Source: a virus
Lineage: Duplodnaviria > Caudoviricetes
IMG/VR virus record: IMGVR_UViG_3300044856_000241
Location: 96,001 to 160,000 of that record
Strand: one strand, 5' to 3'
Length of the DNA stretch: 64,000 nucleotides
A model generated the notes under the pieces. The model had not been told where the DNA came from. It worked only from the letters and a program-made list of their open reading frames with translations, and searched no databases. Of the stretch, positions 63,899-64,000 are shown piece by piece. Position 1 is the stretch's first letter. The number at the start of each line of letters is the position of its first letter. The position numbers and the translations under genes are program-made.

Positions 63899-64000
63899 AT
63901 GGAGAAAAAGGAAAATAGTGCAGATACATTTATTTTTGCAACAGAAGTTGAACCAATTCAAGATTTAGCAGATTTAAAACTGCCGGATCCGACATTATTG
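63899..64000 (+). CDS. partial CDS, possibly ClpP-like protease N-terminus
   Basis: SD GGAGG; MEKKENS...LKLPDPTLL, truncated by window end. Confidence 0.35.
   Translation, partial: MEKKENSADTFIFATEVEPIQDLADLKLPDPTLL

Larger units (their letters stand above)
1..64000. mobile_element. Part of a large temperate (SPbeta-like) phage/prophage of a Clostridia-type host
   Basis: YonO-like RNAP followed by HU-like gene, dense small hypothetical ORFs in long same-strand blocks, Firmicutes SOS boxes, phage tRNAs, no host housekeeping genes. Confidence 0.85.

Noticed and set aside
1-64000. CRISPR array
   Set aside because: No regularly spaced 25-40 bp direct repeats seen; the junction motif is short and gene-spaced

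Overview
AT-rich segment of a large temperate Firmicutes (Clostridia/Lachnospiraceae-like) phage or prophage with SPbeta-like features. Bases 1-47,000 are a dense minus-strand early/accessory region of more than 100 mostly small hypothetical genes. It also holds a regulatory module (intact tyrosine recombinase, XRE regulator, orphan MazF, LexA-boxed promoter, sigma-like factor, DUF262 protein), three complete toxin-antitoxin pairs, Tpt1/KptA and a SLOG protein. Transcription switches strand at about 47.6-48.4 kb, where there are tandem promoters, LexA boxes and a G-poor tract. The plus-strand arm encodes ParB, deaminase, nuclease, a YonO-like single-subunit RNA polymerase, an HU-like protein, two tRNA(-like) genes, a frameshifted IscB with omegaRNA and a beta-CASP nuclease. 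The most notable unexplained signal is a palindrome, (T)GAAA-N6-TTTC(A), at about 30 gene-gene junctions of the accessory region (17 exact, about 14 near-exact). It sits between a stop codon and the next RBS, suggesting an integron-like gene-cassette array next to a catalytically intact tyrosine recombinase. All product calls are motif recognition by eye, with no database searches.
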